A stretch of 64,000 nt of DNA from Capsulimonadaceae bacterium (GCA_965215505.1 OZ244065.1:2144001-2208000), one strand, 5' to 3'. Counted from the stretch's first letter, positions 18,492 to 29,054 are shown. Notes: generated by a model not told the origin, from the sequence alone. Numbers and translations are program-made.

Positions 18492-19760
18492 ATGAATACA
18501 CTCACAGACAACCTAACCACCCCTCCACAGACCGTGGAGACCGCTATCCTGCCGCACAACGCGGTGGAAATCGACCATTCCCGTGCGGAGAACGCAATCA
18601 GGGAGTTTCAGGTTAAGCTCCTGCGCTCCGGCAGGCCGACGAACCCGCAGTCCCCCCCTCGGGCGAGGGGCCGGAAATCAAAGGGCGCTTTGCCCTCCTC
18701 CCCCGGCAATGTACAACCCCTGAAGGCGCAGCTCCTGCGCGTCCCGGTCGCTTCCCTGGGGGCCAGCGCCGCCCAGCCCCGGCGCGCCTTCGACCCTGAT
18801 GCCCTGCAGGAGCTGGCGACCTCGGTCAAAGCGCGGGGCGTCCTCCAGCCGATCCTGGTGCGTCCGGCCCCGGTGGCCGCCGGCACCGACAAGACCGGTA
18901 TGCCTACCTACGAGATCGTCGCCGGCGAGCGGCGGTGGCGGGCGAGCCAGCAGGCCGGCCTTGAGGACGTCCCCGTCCTGGTCCAGCAGTGCAGCGATGA
19001 CGCGGCCGCGGAGATCGGCCTCGTGGAGAACCTGCAGCGCGCGGACCTGACGCCGCTCGAGACCGCCGGCGCGCTGGCGCGGATGACGGAGCAGGGCTAC
19101 TCCATCCGCAAGCTGGCAAACTGTCTCGGCAAGCAGAAGGGCTGGGTGGAGCAGCACCTGCTGCTGGTGCGCCTTCCCGAAGACCTGCGCGTCATGGTCT
19201 CCGGGCGTCCGGATACGCTGACACACGCCCGCGAGCTGCAGAAGCTCACGAATGAGGCACTTCGCGCTGAGCTGATCGCGTCCGTGCTGGACGCGGACCG
19301 GCCGCTGTCGCTGGCCGGACTGCGCAAGCGAATCCGCCAGGCCTTCGGGCAGGCCCTGGGCGGCGAAACACCTTTCCAGGAAGCGGGGGAGTCGCAGGGG
19401 GAGAATCGGCAGGACGCTCCCGGCGCCTCACAGGGAACTGTGTCCGTAGCAGACTTGTGCGCCGATGACGACGCCCCCTCTGCCGCCTTCGGTGTCAATG
19501 CCGGGGATGAAGAGGCGGGCGATAGCGAAGGGTCAGACGATAATGAGTCAGCCCGGGACATGGCTGTCGAAGAGGGCATCGATGCGGCGGGGCTGCTGCA
19601 CCAGGAGACCCTCCTCGCCAACGTCCGGGCTCTGCAGCGAAAGTTGCCTGCGTTGCGCGCCCCGGCCGCGACCGAGGCACGTGAAAGCTTGGTCGGGGAG
19701 CTGTCGGCCCTGCGAGACGCGATCGTGGCCCTCCTGGGGGACTGGGGCGTGACGGGCTGA
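18492..19760 (+). CDS. parB: ParB/Spo0J-family partition protein (orphan, no parA in window)
   Basis: QPRRAFD..LQELA.SV...[36 protein letters not shown]. Confidence 0.9.
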   Translation: MNTLTDNLTTPPQTVETAILPHNAVEIDHSRAENAIREFQVKLLRSGRPTNPQSPPRARGRKSKGALPSSPGNVQPLKAQLLRVPVASLGASAAQPRRAFDPDALQELATSVKARGVLQPILVRPAPVAAGTDKTGMPTYEIVAGERRWRASQQAGLEDVPVLVQQCSDDAAAEIGLVENLQRADLTPLETAGALARMTEQGYSIRKLANCLGKQKGWVEQHLLLVRLPEDLRVMVSGRPDTLTHARELQKLTNEALRAELIASVLDADRPLSLAGLRKRIRQAFGQALGGETPFQEAGESQGENRQDAPGASQGTVSVADLCADDDAPSAAFGVNAGDEEAGDSEGSDDNESARDMAVEEGIDAAGLLHQETLLANVRALQRKLPALRAPAATEARESLVGELSALRDAIVALLGDWGVTG

Positions 19761-19765
19761 ACCAG

Positions 19766-19796
19766 GGGCGCGGCCCGACGAAAGCGGGCCGCGCCC
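19766..19796. terminator. GC-rich hairpin after parB
   Basis: GGGCGCGGCCCG-N7-CGGGCCGCGCCC. No U-tract. Confidence 0.45.
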
Positions 19797-19867
19797 ACAG
19801 GCACTACCAAGATCCTGATCGAAATCCCACAAAGATAGCCCGTGGGCAGAACACGAATGAGAAAGAT

Positions 19868-20320
19868 ATGAAAGTGCAGACCATGAAGAAAGAGCAGAAT
19901 ATGACGAGTGATGTCCTTGAGGACCAGGAGGGGACTTCAGCGGTCCGGACGGACATGGACGAACATTGGAAGCGCTTTGCCGCGGAGAATGACTCCGAGG
20001 CGAAGGTCGCAGGTAAGTTCACCACCGACAGGGTGTCTTGCCGGGGCGACGTCTTTTACGTGCGCCGCGACACCCAGAAGGTGCACGGCAAGTACGGCCC
20101 GTCCTTCCGCGACGGCAACTATTTCGGAGTCGTACACACGGGCCGACCCGACAGCACAGGCCGGATGGTGCTGGTGGGGATCTACCACCGCAGGCAGGGC
20201 CAGTGGTTCCGCGAGGACCCGGAGACGGGCGAGGAGACCTACTTCGGTGAGGCCGTGGAGCCGTACACGATCGAATACCTGGAGGAGTGCGAACGCCTCG
20301 TCTTCGGCAACAACCTCTGA
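19868..20320 (+). CDS. Hypothetical protein
   Basis: 150-aa ORF with GC-rich third codon positions. No motif recognised. Confidence 0.55.
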   Translation: MKVQTMKKEQNMTSDVLEDQEGTSAVRTDMDEHWKRFAAENDSEAKVAGKFTTDRVSCRGDVFYVRRDTQKVHGKYGPSFRDGNYFGVVHTGRPDSTGRMVLVGIYHRRQGQWFREDPETGEETYFGEAVEPYTIEYLEECERLVFGNNL

Positions 20321-20347
20321 CAGGAAAGGACGCGGTCGACCGGGAAG

Positions 20348-21013
20348 ATGAAAAACAGGATGAAAAACAGGACGATACAGACGACAAAACGTCCGGCGGC
20401 GCGTCACACGAAGCATGGCACGGCCGAAGGCCGGGATGCCTCTGAAGGACGCCCCGGCCACGGCGATACGAATGAGGGCGGCTTTGACGACCGGGCAGGG
20501 ACTGAGATCGAGCGTCTGCTCCGTCAGGGCGATACATCCGTTGATGTACACGACTGGGACGGAGCCATCACCTGTTACCGCGCGGCCATGGCACTGGATC
20601 CGTACCACCCCGAGCCGCGTCCGCTGCTGGTCGATGCGCTCTACCGCCGTGCCCATGCCTGCCCGGAGGCGGAAGCCTACCGGGACGAGACGGTCATGGC
20701 CTGTGAGGAAGCGTTGCGGTTTGACCCGGACTGTTCCACCGGAGCCCACTTCCTGACGCGGACGCTGCAGGACCTGGGCCACCAGGAGGAAGCCTACCGG
20801 CTCCACGAGCAGGCGATGCTGCGTAAGATTCGGGGCGCACCGGACCTGATCGTGGACATCGGTGACGGAGGAGCCAACACCCTCGCCAGGAAGATGCTCT
20901 TCTTGAATACTCTGATCGTGGATGGTCTGCATCTGATGGCAGCGTACGCCCGCGAGGTCGGGGGTAAGCCGATCTGCTGGGACGGCTACCTTTCCAAGCC
21001 GGTCGCTGAGTAG
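20348..21013 (+). CDS. TPR-repeat protein
   Basis: WDGAITCYRAAMALDP, ACEEALRFDP...AHF...TLQDLGHQEEA. Confidence 0.7.
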   Translation: MKNRMKNRTIQTTKRPAARHTKHGTAEGRDASEGRPGHGDTNEGGFDDRAGTEIERLLRQGDTSVDVHDWDGAITCYRAAMALDPYHPEPRPLLVDALYRRAHACPEAEAYRDETVMACEEALRFDPDCSTGAHFLTRTLQDLGHQEEAYRLHEQAMLRKIRGAPDLIVDIGDGGANTLARKMLFLNTLIVDGLHLMAAYAREVGGKPICWDGYLSKPVAE

Positions 21014-21161
21014 GCTATCAAGACTCCCGCAAAGACGGCCAGTGCGAGTACTTCGCACTGGTCGTCTTTCTACCCTGTTCACTCTGCCGCCGATAATGCC
21101 GATGCTGCTGGCAACGATGTCCTGGGGCGGCCACACGGCCTTCTATGGCATCGGAAAAAAT

Positions 21162-23093
21162 CTATGGCGTCCGAAGAAATCGACCATCAGAGGCCGCGTC
21201 CGGCCATGCCGTGAGTACCCCCGCTCGATACCAGCCCGCCTCGGCCCCCGAGCGGCGTGACCGCCCGCGCTTCCGCGGACCGCCACGCTGTTTTGGTTTG
21301 CTCCGCTTCCCGGAAGCGCCGCCCTTCCCGGGGCCGCGGCGTTTCGGCGCTCGCTCCGGCACGTACCAGTGGGGGGCCGCCTCCGCCTTCTGAGGTCCGC
21401 TGGCGCTGGCGCGCAGCCAGCGGAGCACCTGCCACAGGGACTGGCAGTCGACCTCGAGGTAGCGCTCGATGAGCTGCATCTCCGCGCTCTCCCGTGGATT
21501 CTCCCGCGCGTACGCCTCCCACGCGAGAACCATGGCAGAAAGGCCGTCGGCGAGCTGCTCGGGGTAATCGACGGCGTGCGCTGGCGAGTGAGTCCCGAGC
21601 GCCTTCGCGATGCTCTTGAGGTCAAAGGCCCACGCACCCGGGAGGGCGACCGGGCCGTCGTGGAAGGTCTTCTGCACGTCCGCCCAGGGCAGGCCCGTCA
21701 GGAGGCCCAGGCCCGTTCGCTCCGCCGCGCGTTTCGCCTGGCCGATTTCGGCGTGTGACCAGTGGTATAGGGCCGCGTCCCCGCCGAACACCCCCCTCTC
21801 CCCCAGGAACCCGAGGAACTCCTCGAGCATCCGGCGCTCGCTGGCTGCGTCCTCGCGGGCCGCGGTGAAACACTGGAAGTGCCACTGCCCGTTCTCCTCC
21901 CACCCGCAGCCGGCCTGGAACACCATCTCCCGGCCGGTGAGGTCCAGCAGGCCGGTGCTGCTGCCCGGGTCGTCGAACCGGACATTCAGGTTGGAAACAA
22001 ACTCAAAATCCACGAAAAGTTCAACGGCCTTGCGCGGCGGGATCGCGCTGGCGGGAACGACCGACGGCTGCCCCATTCGGTTGGCCTGCAGGACGGCGCG
22101 GATCTGCGGGCATGTCTTGGCACCCAAACCCGGGATGGCCTCGAACGGGAACCTGTGGGGGTCCATCGCGAGCAGGTCGTCCAGGCACCGGACTCCTTGG
22201 AGCGCGAGTGCGGCAGCCTGCTTGTCGCCGACGCGCGGCAGCCAGTGCAGAGGTCGGCCCGGGATGAACTCGGCGCCGATCCGCTTCTTGGCCCGGCTCC
22301 AGGGCTCGTCCTTGTCGTTGGACCAGTCCGGTGCCACGATGGCATCCCGCCAGGGGAGATAAGCCGCGCCGTTGAGCTTGATGTCCAGGTGCCGATCGCG
22401 CAGCGCGGCGAGCGCGGCGTCCAGGGGGGCACCGAGGTTATGGCCGACGGGGACGGGCACGAGGCCGTCCCGGCAGATCAGGAAGGCGCGTGGCGGCATG
22501 AAGCCCTGGATGTGGCCCAAGATCCAGGAGTACAGGCGCACCTGGGAAGACGTGATCGCCAACTCCATCTTCCTGTCCGGAGTCTGCAGCTTGGTCATGA
22601 ACTTGGCGTCCAGGATGCAGTAGTGCTCGGGCTCCTCCTCCGCCGGCCTCAGGTGGGGCCAAGTCTTATAGACCCATGTGTTTTTGGCAATGATGTCCGC
22701 CGTGCCGTAGATCTTTGCCTCGTCGCCGCCCCACAGGGCGCACTTGGTCAGGACGTCGTGGCCCTGTGTCAGCGCCTGCCAGGTCCGCATGAATGCCCGC
22801 ACGTCGCGGACGTCGTAATCCTCGTCCAGCACCTGGACGGCTCCAGGAGCGTGATGGCGGACGATGGCCGCCTCAAAATCCTTGCCCTTTTGTCCGATCC
22901 AGCTGAGGAACGAGTGCTCCTCGGGGTCTCTGGTGAAGCCGTGGGCTGCCCCTTGGTGCTCCAGCCAGAGCAAAACGGGATCACCCAGGAGGAGGGGACG
23001 GAGGCCGGTTGCCGACATCCAGGTTTGAGGGACGGTTTTGTGCCCGCCCGTGAGATGAAAAAACGTGGTGAGAGTATCGAGAGAGGAGTTCAT
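21162..23093 (-). CDS. TM0106-family RecB-like nuclease with HhH and C-terminal RNase H-like domain
   Basis: GTADII..ILDAK..QVRLY (PD-(D/E)XK), LPRVG/IPGLG HhH, FVDFE, YHWSHAE, LKSIA, YLEVDC. Confidence 0.8.
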   Translation of the reverse strand: MNSSLDTLTTFFHLTGGHKTVPQTWMSATGLRPLLLGDPVLLWLEHQGAAHGFTRDPEEHSFLSWIGQKGKDFEAAIVRHHAPGAVQVLDEDYDVRDVRAFMRTWQALTQGHDVLTKCALWGGDEAKIYGTADIIAKNTWVYKTWPHLRPAEEEPEHYCILDAKFMTKLQTPDRKMELAITSSQVRLYSWILGHIQGFMPPRAFLICRDGLVPVPVGHNLGAPLDAALAALRDRHLDIKLNGAAYLPWRDAIVAPDWSNDKDEPWSRAKKRIGAEFIPGRPLHWLPRVGDKQAAALALQGVRCLDDLLAMDPHRFPFEAIPGLGAKTCPQIRAVLQANRMGQPSVVPASAIPPRKAVELFVDFEFVSNLNVRFDDPGSSTGLLDLTGREMVFQAGCGWEENGQWHFQCFTAAREDAASERRMLEEFLGFLGERGVFGGDAALYHWSHAEIGQAKRAAERTGLGLLTGLPWADVQKTFHDGPVALPGAWAFDLKSIAKALGTHSPAHAVDYPEQLADGLSAMVLAWEAYARENPRESAEMQLIERYLEVDCQSLWQVLRWLRASASGPQKAEAAPHWYVPERAPKRRGPGKGGASGKRSKPKQRGGPRKRGRSRRSGAEAGWYRAGVLTAWPDAASDGRFLRTP

Positions 23094-23709
23094 GCGGCAC
23101 CCTGGGAGGTGCCGGGATTACCGGGTGAGACCTGAAAGGCCCGACACGGCGGGGCACCCCAGGGAGTCTTTCTGGATCAGGCGGGCCGCCCCCTGGCCGT
23201 TGAAAAGGCGTCTGGCTCAGGAAGCAAAGGCGCGGCAGATCGGTCATACACCGGAAGAACCGTCCGGCGGTGTCAGGCGGCCTCCATCAGCCACGGCCTG
23301 TTCATTGCACGGTTGGTCATCCTCGAGGTGGGGAAGGCGCAAAATCAATGGCTAGGGCTGGTAATAAGTTGCAGGTCGTCCTATACGGATTTGGGTACGG
23401 CGAAGACGTTCCTCACGTCCGGCAACACAAAAACGTCCGTTTTGAAGGCGGTAGGCATTATGCTGGCGCATCAGGCTTGGGGTGTGTGTTGCGAGGTGAG
23501 CCCGTGGACAAGGCATCGACCAACCCAGGGTGTGGCCGCCCCCGCCCCGCACTACGCCGCGTTCCACAGCGGTTCCGCTCACTATACTAAAAAATGGATG
23601 GTAAGCTCATCAAGCTTCTGTGGCTTCCAGGTCACGCCTGATTTATCTCCTGTTTGCAGTTGTCCGACGGCCAGGATGGGCATACCCGTTTTGGCCCACC
23701 AGAGGGAGG

Positions 23710-23771
23710 GTAGCCAAAAATATCCAAAATGGGTGTAACCCAGTTACATCGCGTTTCTGGTTTTTGGCTAC
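23710..23771. other. 62-bp nested inverted repeat
   Basis: GTAGCCAAAAA...TGTAAC-CCA-GTTACA...TTTTTGGCTAC. Confidence 0.6.
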
Positions 23772-23877
23772 TTGACCCGCAGAGGCGGAGAAAACCTTAA
23801 CGTACGGTTTTTCCGTTTCGTGAGCAGGTCCCTGGGAGGAGGCCAGCGCGGCGGCGAGGCTGTCCCTGCCCCCGCCG

Positions 23878-25818
23878 TCACCCTCCGGATGGGAACTCGG
23901 TGAGCGTCTGCCGCATGGCGGCGCTGGGGCGCCCAGCCGTGACCGGGCCGCCCCGGCTGCCGATGATGTGGGCGATGCCGCTGCCGGGACGGCCGTCGAG
24001 CCAGATCGTAGTCAGGTGGTGGAACTTGACCCTCGGCGCGGCGGGGGCCTCGACCGCGCTGTCGGCGCGGACGGGCGCGTCGCGGAAAAAGCAGTACACC
24101 CCCACGCCCCACGCCTCATGGCTGGTCACGCCCGGGGCGACCTTGTATGAGGCATAGCCGGAGGTCTTTCCGCTCATCCACGCCGCCTGATCGGGAACGT
24201 CATACGGCATCTCCGACTGGTACATATACACACGGCCCCCGTTGCCGTTCCAGAGCGTCTGATATCCCTCGTGGTGCTCGTTGAACAGGCCGTATACGGT
24301 GACGTCGTCGCCGTCAACCACCAGGCCGCTGCGCGTCGGATTGACCGTCCAGCCGACGCCGGTGCCGTGATCCGCCCGCCACACCCAGAGCTGGTCCGCC
24401 ACGACGTCGCGGCTGTTGATCTGCACCCCGACGTCGTCGCGGCCGGCCGCAGCGCCGCCCGTGCGGACGCACAGGTCATCGAGGAAGGTCGGGTCGGAGG
24501 CGTGGTCGGTCCGGCTGCCCGGCGGCCCCACCTCCAGCAGCTGCGGCGAAGCGACGGGCCCGGCGTCCAGGATCAGCCCGGCGATCTGCACCCCACCGAC
24601 GTCGGCCACCTGGATCAGCGGCGTGCCCGCCGTCGCCGTCAGCGTCGCGAGGCCCAGGCCGAGGATCACCGTGTCGGGGCGGGCCACCCGCAGGGAGCCA
24701 GAGAGGGGGTAGACGCCCGGCGTGAACAGCAGGTCCTTGCCGGCCGCCAGGGCGGCGTTGAGTGCGGCCGCGGTCGCCGCGCCGGGACGGGCGATGTAGA
24801 AGCGGTCGATGGGAAGCGCGGCGCCGGGGGTAGGGCCATTCGCCCAGTCCACCCCACGGCAGTCGGTCCGCAGGGCCGGGACGAAGACCTGGAACGCACC
24901 GCGGGCGTCGACGGTCAGGAAGGGCTTCTCGCGGATCACGGGTGTCTTCTCAACCACGGTGTAGGCCTGGTCTGGGAAAGTGCCCGCCGGCGGGTTGTCG
25001 CAGCCCACGAAGACCATGTTCCACACGGCGTTGTTCCACCGGGACCACCGGCTGTTGCGGGCGAGCCACTGCTGCTGGGACCCGGGCACCAGGTTCCCAT
25101 CCACGACCGAGTCGGCCAGAAAACCGCCGCTGGCGTAGCCCACGTTCCCCTTCGGGCCCCAATCGAACAGCTGAAGCTCCCCCTTCACGTGGAGGCGCCG
25201 GAGGGGAGCGGCCTGGGAGACCGCGATGCGCGTGATGCCTTTCGTGGTCTGGAACGGCACGTCCGACGACGGCGTCACGGCGAAGTTTTCCAATGACCGC
25301 CAGAAGTTATCCAGGGCGTTGCCGCCCGACCATTTGGCGTTGACGTTGACGCCCCCGTTGATCTGCACGTCGTCGGGGCTTGCGCCCAGGCCTGCGACTT
25401 GTGTGTAGAACCCGACATTGAAGGTGACGTTGTAGGTTCCCGGCTTGAAGAGAAGCGCATAGCGCTCGGGGCCGAACTGGTTGGCCTCCATCTTCTTGAA
25501 AATGTCGGTCGCCGTTCGCTGGACATCGGCGGCCGGCATGCTCGGGTCGAACACGTAGACATTCGGCCCGAGGACAGTCGCGTTCGCCGGGGAGACGGTC
25601 GCGTTCGCCGGGGAGGCGGTCGCGTTCGCCGGGGAGACGGTCGCGTCCGCCAGGGAGGCGGTCGCGTTCGCCATGGAGACCGGCGCGTTCGCCGGGGAGA
25701 CGGTCGCGTTCGCCTGGGTGACCGGGGTGCTACGCAGTGCGGCTACCGCAAGCCCCATACAGAGCAAGGCCACAAGACCGGAGGGAACCCAGCGATTGTA
25801 ATGTTTCATCTGCGTCAC
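23878..25818 (-). CDS. Secreted GH55-like exo-beta-1,3-glucanase
   Basis: Signal peptide. LGPNVYVFDPSM, QFGPERYALLFKPGTY, NFWRSLEN, AVSQAAPLRR, WVWRADHG, YQSEMPYD, as in actinobacterial GH55. Confidence 0.8.
   Translation of the reverse strand: MTQMKHYNRWVPSGLVALLCMGLAVAALRSTPVTQANATVSPANAPVSMANATASLADATVSPANATASPANATVSPANATVLGPNVYVFDPSMPAADVQRTATDIFKKMEANQFGPERYALLFKPGTYNVTFNVGFYTQVAGLGASPDDVQINGGVNVNAKWSGGNALDNFWRSLENFAVTPSSDVPFQTTKGITRIAVSQAAPLRRLHVKGELQLFDWGPKGNVGYASGGFLADSVVDGNLVPGSQQQWLARNSRWSRWNNAVWNMVFVGCDNPPAGTFPDQAYTVVEKTPVIREKPFLTVDARGAFQVFVPALRTDCRGVDWANGPTPGAALPIDRFYIARPGAATAAALNAALAAGKDLLFTPGVYPLSGSLRVARPDTVILGLGLATLTATAGTPLIQVADVGGVQIAGLILDAGPVASPQLLEVGPPGSRTDHASDPTFLDDLCVRTGGAAAGRDDVGVQINSRDVVADQLWVWRADHGTGVGWTVNPTRSGLVVDGDDVTVYGLFNEHHEGYQTLWNGNGGRVYMYQSEMPYDVPDQAAWMSGKTSGYASYKVAPGVTSHEAWGVGVYCFFRDAPVRADSAVEAPAAPRVKFHHLTTIWLDGRPGSGIAHIIGSRGGPVTAGRPSAAMRQTLTEFPSGG
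25577..25714 (-). repeat. In-frame 21-bp tandem repeat encoding an (ANATVSP)n linker
   Basis: About 6.5 imperfect copies between the signal peptide and the catalytic domain. Confidence 0.85.
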
Positions 25819-25832
25819 GATATCCTTTCGAT

Positions 25833-28667
25833 TTATGGCCGGACAACGACGGCCTTGCCGTCATAGGACACCACGCGGTTCGGCGACCGGGTGACCTCCA
25901 GCCCGTTCCCATGGCCCGGCCGCACCCAGACGACCCGGAACGTCCGCTGCTGCCGCATCCCCGGGAACGAACCCGTTCGCGTGCCGATGGTCAGCGTCTG
26001 CCCCTTCTCGTCCCAGTGGATGGGGATCGTGGCGTGGACGCCCCGCTCGTACCGGTAGCTGTCCCCCTCGTCCTCGTACAGCGTGAACGAGCCATTTGCC
26101 CCCCGATAGACCCGCAGCTCAATGGGATCGGCGGGCTTCTCCGACGCGTACTGCAGGAACGGACCCATCGGCACAATGCTGCCCGCACGCACGTACAGCG
26201 GCTGCGTGTCTATGGGCGCGGGCGCGGTGATGGTCTGCCCGCCTCGGTACCCCGTCCCCGTCCAGAAATCCGTCCAGCGGGTGCCCGACGGCAGGTAGAC
26301 GGATCGCGAGGTCGCCCCCTGATGGGTGACGGGGCAGACGAGGAGCGCCGGGCCGAACAGGAACTCGTCCCGGCTTTCGCGGGCGGACATATCCTGTGGG
26401 AAATCCATAACCAGGCCGCGCATGATCGTGCCGGCGTGAGCCGTCACCTGCCAGGCCTGCGAGTAGATGTAGGGCATCAGCCGGTAACGCAGGCTGTCGT
26501 ACTTGACCAGGATCGGCTCATACTGGGGGCCGAAGCGCCACAACTCTTTGGGAGTGACCTCGCCGTGGACGCGGAAGATGGGGCAGAACGCGCCATACTC
26601 GAACCAGCGGGTGAACAGCTCGCGATACTCCGGGTCGTCCGCGCCAGTGGGATAGGTGACGAAGAAGCCGCCGATGTCGGTCGTCCAGTAAGGGATGCCT
26701 GAGAGGCAGAAGTCCAGGCCTGCCGGGACCTGACGCCCGAACGTGTCCCAATCGCCCGTGATGTCGCCGGACCAGGTCGCCGCCCCGTTTCGCTGCTGCC
26801 CGGCATAGGCGGAGCGGGTGAGGATGAAGACGCGCTTGTCGGGGTTCGTCCTGCGCTGGCCCTCGTAGACGCCGGTGGTGTGCATCAGAGGCCAGGCGTT
26901 CAGCACGCGGGCGGCCAGGCCCTGGGCCGTCGGCACCGACCGGAAAGCGTTCATGTCCACCTCCGGCTCGGAGGCGTCCAGCCACCAGGCGTCCACGCCC
27001 TTCGAGAAGAGCTGGTCGCGCAGGAAGCCCCAATACGTGGCGCGGGCGTCGGGGCTGAAGGCGTCGTAGTAGCTGGCGCTGTCGGACTGCGGCGGGTACA
27101 GGAGCCCGCGGGCCTTCATGACGTCGTAGTTGGCGTCGGGACGGTCCGGGCTGCCGGGGTAGAACTTACCCCAGACGGAGATCATCAGGTGGATGTGGTA
27201 CTGGTCGTGGAGCTGGACGATGGCCGCCGCCGGGTCGGGGTAGCGCTTCGGGTCAAACAGGTTCGTCCCCCACTGGTAAGGTTCCCAGTAGAGGAAGTCC
27301 TGCACGAGACCGTCAATCGGCTCGCGCCGCCGGCGGTATTCGGACGCGATGTCCAGCCACTCCTGCTGCGACTTATAGCGCTCTTTGGACTGCCAGTAGC
27401 CGAGCGCCCATTTGGGCGGCATGGGTGCCTGTCCCGTCAGGGCACGGTACTCGGCCATGACGGTGTCCAGCGCAGGGCCGTCAATGAAGTAGTAGTCAAT
27501 GCCGTCGGCGGCTTCGGAGGTCCAGACGGTCGTCTGGCGCGGAGCATGACGCCACGCGAGGCGGGCGATGGCATCGCGGGTGTCCTGAAAGTACTCCATG
27601 CGGAGCCGGTGCCGGCTGTGCGGGGCGAAATGGACCGTCGCCGAGTCGTCACGGGCGGCATGGTTGCTCCAGTCGTCGATCACCTGCTTGTCGTCGATCC
27701 ACAGCCGGACGCCATCGTCGCTGGTGGTGACGAACGTGTAATCGCCGCCCTCCAGAGCCTGTACGAAGCCGGTCCAGCGGACGCTGAAATAATTGTGAGT
27801 CAAGCCGGCGGCGGGCGCATCCGCCCAGTTGAAATCCACCTGCGGGTCGGTGCGGGTCGTCACCAGGGTTGCCAGATCGTGGCCCTGATAGTAGTGCCCC
27901 GTCAGCCCGCCCGGCTGTCCATCCTCGGTCAGAAGCTGGGAGGTCGGCACCGTCTCGGCGTCTACGGCTCCCACTGAGACATCCGTGTGTGCCGGATTGT
28001 CCCAGAGCAGGCCGTAGCCCCGGCTCGAGACCAGGAACGGGATAGCGACCTCGCGGTTGGCCTGCTCCAGCTCTACCGAGGTACCGCGATAGCTCATGTT
28101 GCCCTGGTTCGTCGGCAACCGGTGTTGCCCCAAGCCATAAATGTCCTCGCCCGCCGGCATCGCGAAGCTCTGCTGGGAGCGGTAGGCCGCCGCCGGCGTC
28201 GGCCCGGCCAGCGTCTCCGGCGTCAGGGCCCGACCGCCGGGCGTCTCGCTCAGGATGGGCGTTCCGTTCGCATTCAGGAGCGAGACCGCGCCGCTGCTTC
28301 GGTCCACCTGCGCCTCCACCGACCCGGTCGTAATGGTGACGGCCTGCGGCGTGGTCACGAGATGCCAGGGGACGGGCCGTGGCGCCGCGATGACGCTCAG
28401 GCTGTGGTGGACAGGCAGCGTCGTCCCCGGCCCGTACTGGACCCGGATGACGCGCGGCGTCCAGACCTGGACTTTCAGGACGCCGGGCTGCAGGCGGAAC
28501 GTCACGCCGTCCGCCTGCTTCTGCCAGGAGACGACGGGCGTGGGCGCCGCGAGTGCCGGTGACGCGCTCAGGATGGTCATCCCGAAGACCGCGGCGGCGA
28601 GCCAGCGTGGCAGCGTCCTGATGCAAGCAGAAATACTCGGACCTATCGCCGCGTAACGTTTGTTCAT
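25833..28667 (-). CDS. Secreted GH31 glycosidase with PA14 insert (alpha-xylosidase-like)
   Basis: IYGLGQ, PA14 (FSVRWTG, SDDGVRLWID), PPKWALGYWQSKERY, WWLDASEP, TWSGD, TTDIGGF, C-terminal LYEDEGD. Confidence 0.9.
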   Translation of the reverse strand: MNKRYAAIGPSISACIRTLPRWLAAAVFGMTILSASPALAAPTPVVSWQKQADGVTFRLQPGVLKVQVWTPRVIRVQYGPGTTLPVHHSLSVIAAPRPVPWHLVTTPQAVTITTGSVEAQVDRSSGAVSLLNANGTPILSETPGGRALTPETLAGPTPAAAYRSQQSFAMPAGEDIYGLGQHRLPTNQGNMSYRGTSVELEQANREVAIPFLVSSRGYGLLWDNPAHTDVSVGAVDAETVPTSQLLTEDGQPGGLTGHYYQGHDLATLVTTRTDPQVDFNWADAPAAGLTHNYFSVRWTGFVQALEGGDYTFVTTSDDGVRLWIDDKQVIDDWSNHAARDDSATVHFAPHSRHRLRMEYFQDTRDAIARLAWRHAPRQTTVWTSEAADGIDYYFIDGPALDTVMAEYRALTGQAPMPPKWALGYWQSKERYKSQQEWLDIASEYRRRREPIDGLVQDFLYWEPYQWGTNLFDPKRYPDPAAAIVQLHDQYHIHLMISVWGKFYPGSPDRPDANYDVMKARGLLYPPQSDSASYYDAFSPDARATYWGFLRDQLFSKGVDAWWLDASEPEVDMNAFRSVPTAQGLAARVLNAWPLMHTTGVYEGQRRTNPDKRVFILTRSAYAGQQRNGAATWSGDITGDWDTFGRQVPAGLDFCLSGIPYWTTDIGGFFVTYPTGADDPEYRELFTRWFEYGAFCPIFRVHGEVTPKELWRFGPQYEPILVKYDSLRYRLMPYIYSQAWQVTAHAGTIMRGLVMDFPQDMSARESRDEFLFGPALLVCPVTHQGATSRSVYLPSGTRWTDFWTGTGYRGGQTITAPAPIDTQPLYVRAGSIVPMGPFLQYASEKPADPIELRVYRGANGSFTLYEDEGDSYRYERGVHATIPIHWDEKGQTLTIGTRTGSFPGMRQQRTFRVVWVRPGHGNGLEVTRSPNRVVSYDGKAVVVRP

Positions 28668-29054
28668 TCAAGTCACTTTCTTCATGCCTGCGCGGGCAAA
28701 GGCTTCCATTACTCCAGAACGGGAGGTGGGCGCCATTCTCTCTTTCCTAGGACTTTCTCATCCTTGGTTGGCTTGGCTACTTGAACCCATGACGATAAGG
28801 TAGGCACAGGACGCTTGGCCATTTGGGCGGAAGAGGCAGTAGAAATGATAGGTGCCGTATCTATAGCTCGCCACTGAAACAATCTCGGGACAGATCCATT
28901 GTCCATTTCTTCGAGTCACCCGGAGATGGAGATGACCGCAGAATCGACGAAGCAATTCACGGCACTGTCCGAGAAAAAGTTCGGGCCTGGCCCGGCGCGG
29001 CCCACTCTCGACCCCACCGTCCATTCAAACCCGGAAAATGTCAGAATCCTTGAT

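Noticed and set aside
25577-25714. Non-coding repeat array
   Set aside because: It is an in-frame 21-bp coding repeat forming a low-complexity linker in the GH55 protein.
28961-28982. IS6-like terminal repeat GGCACTGTCCGAGAAA
   Set aside because: No partner repeat or transposase found.
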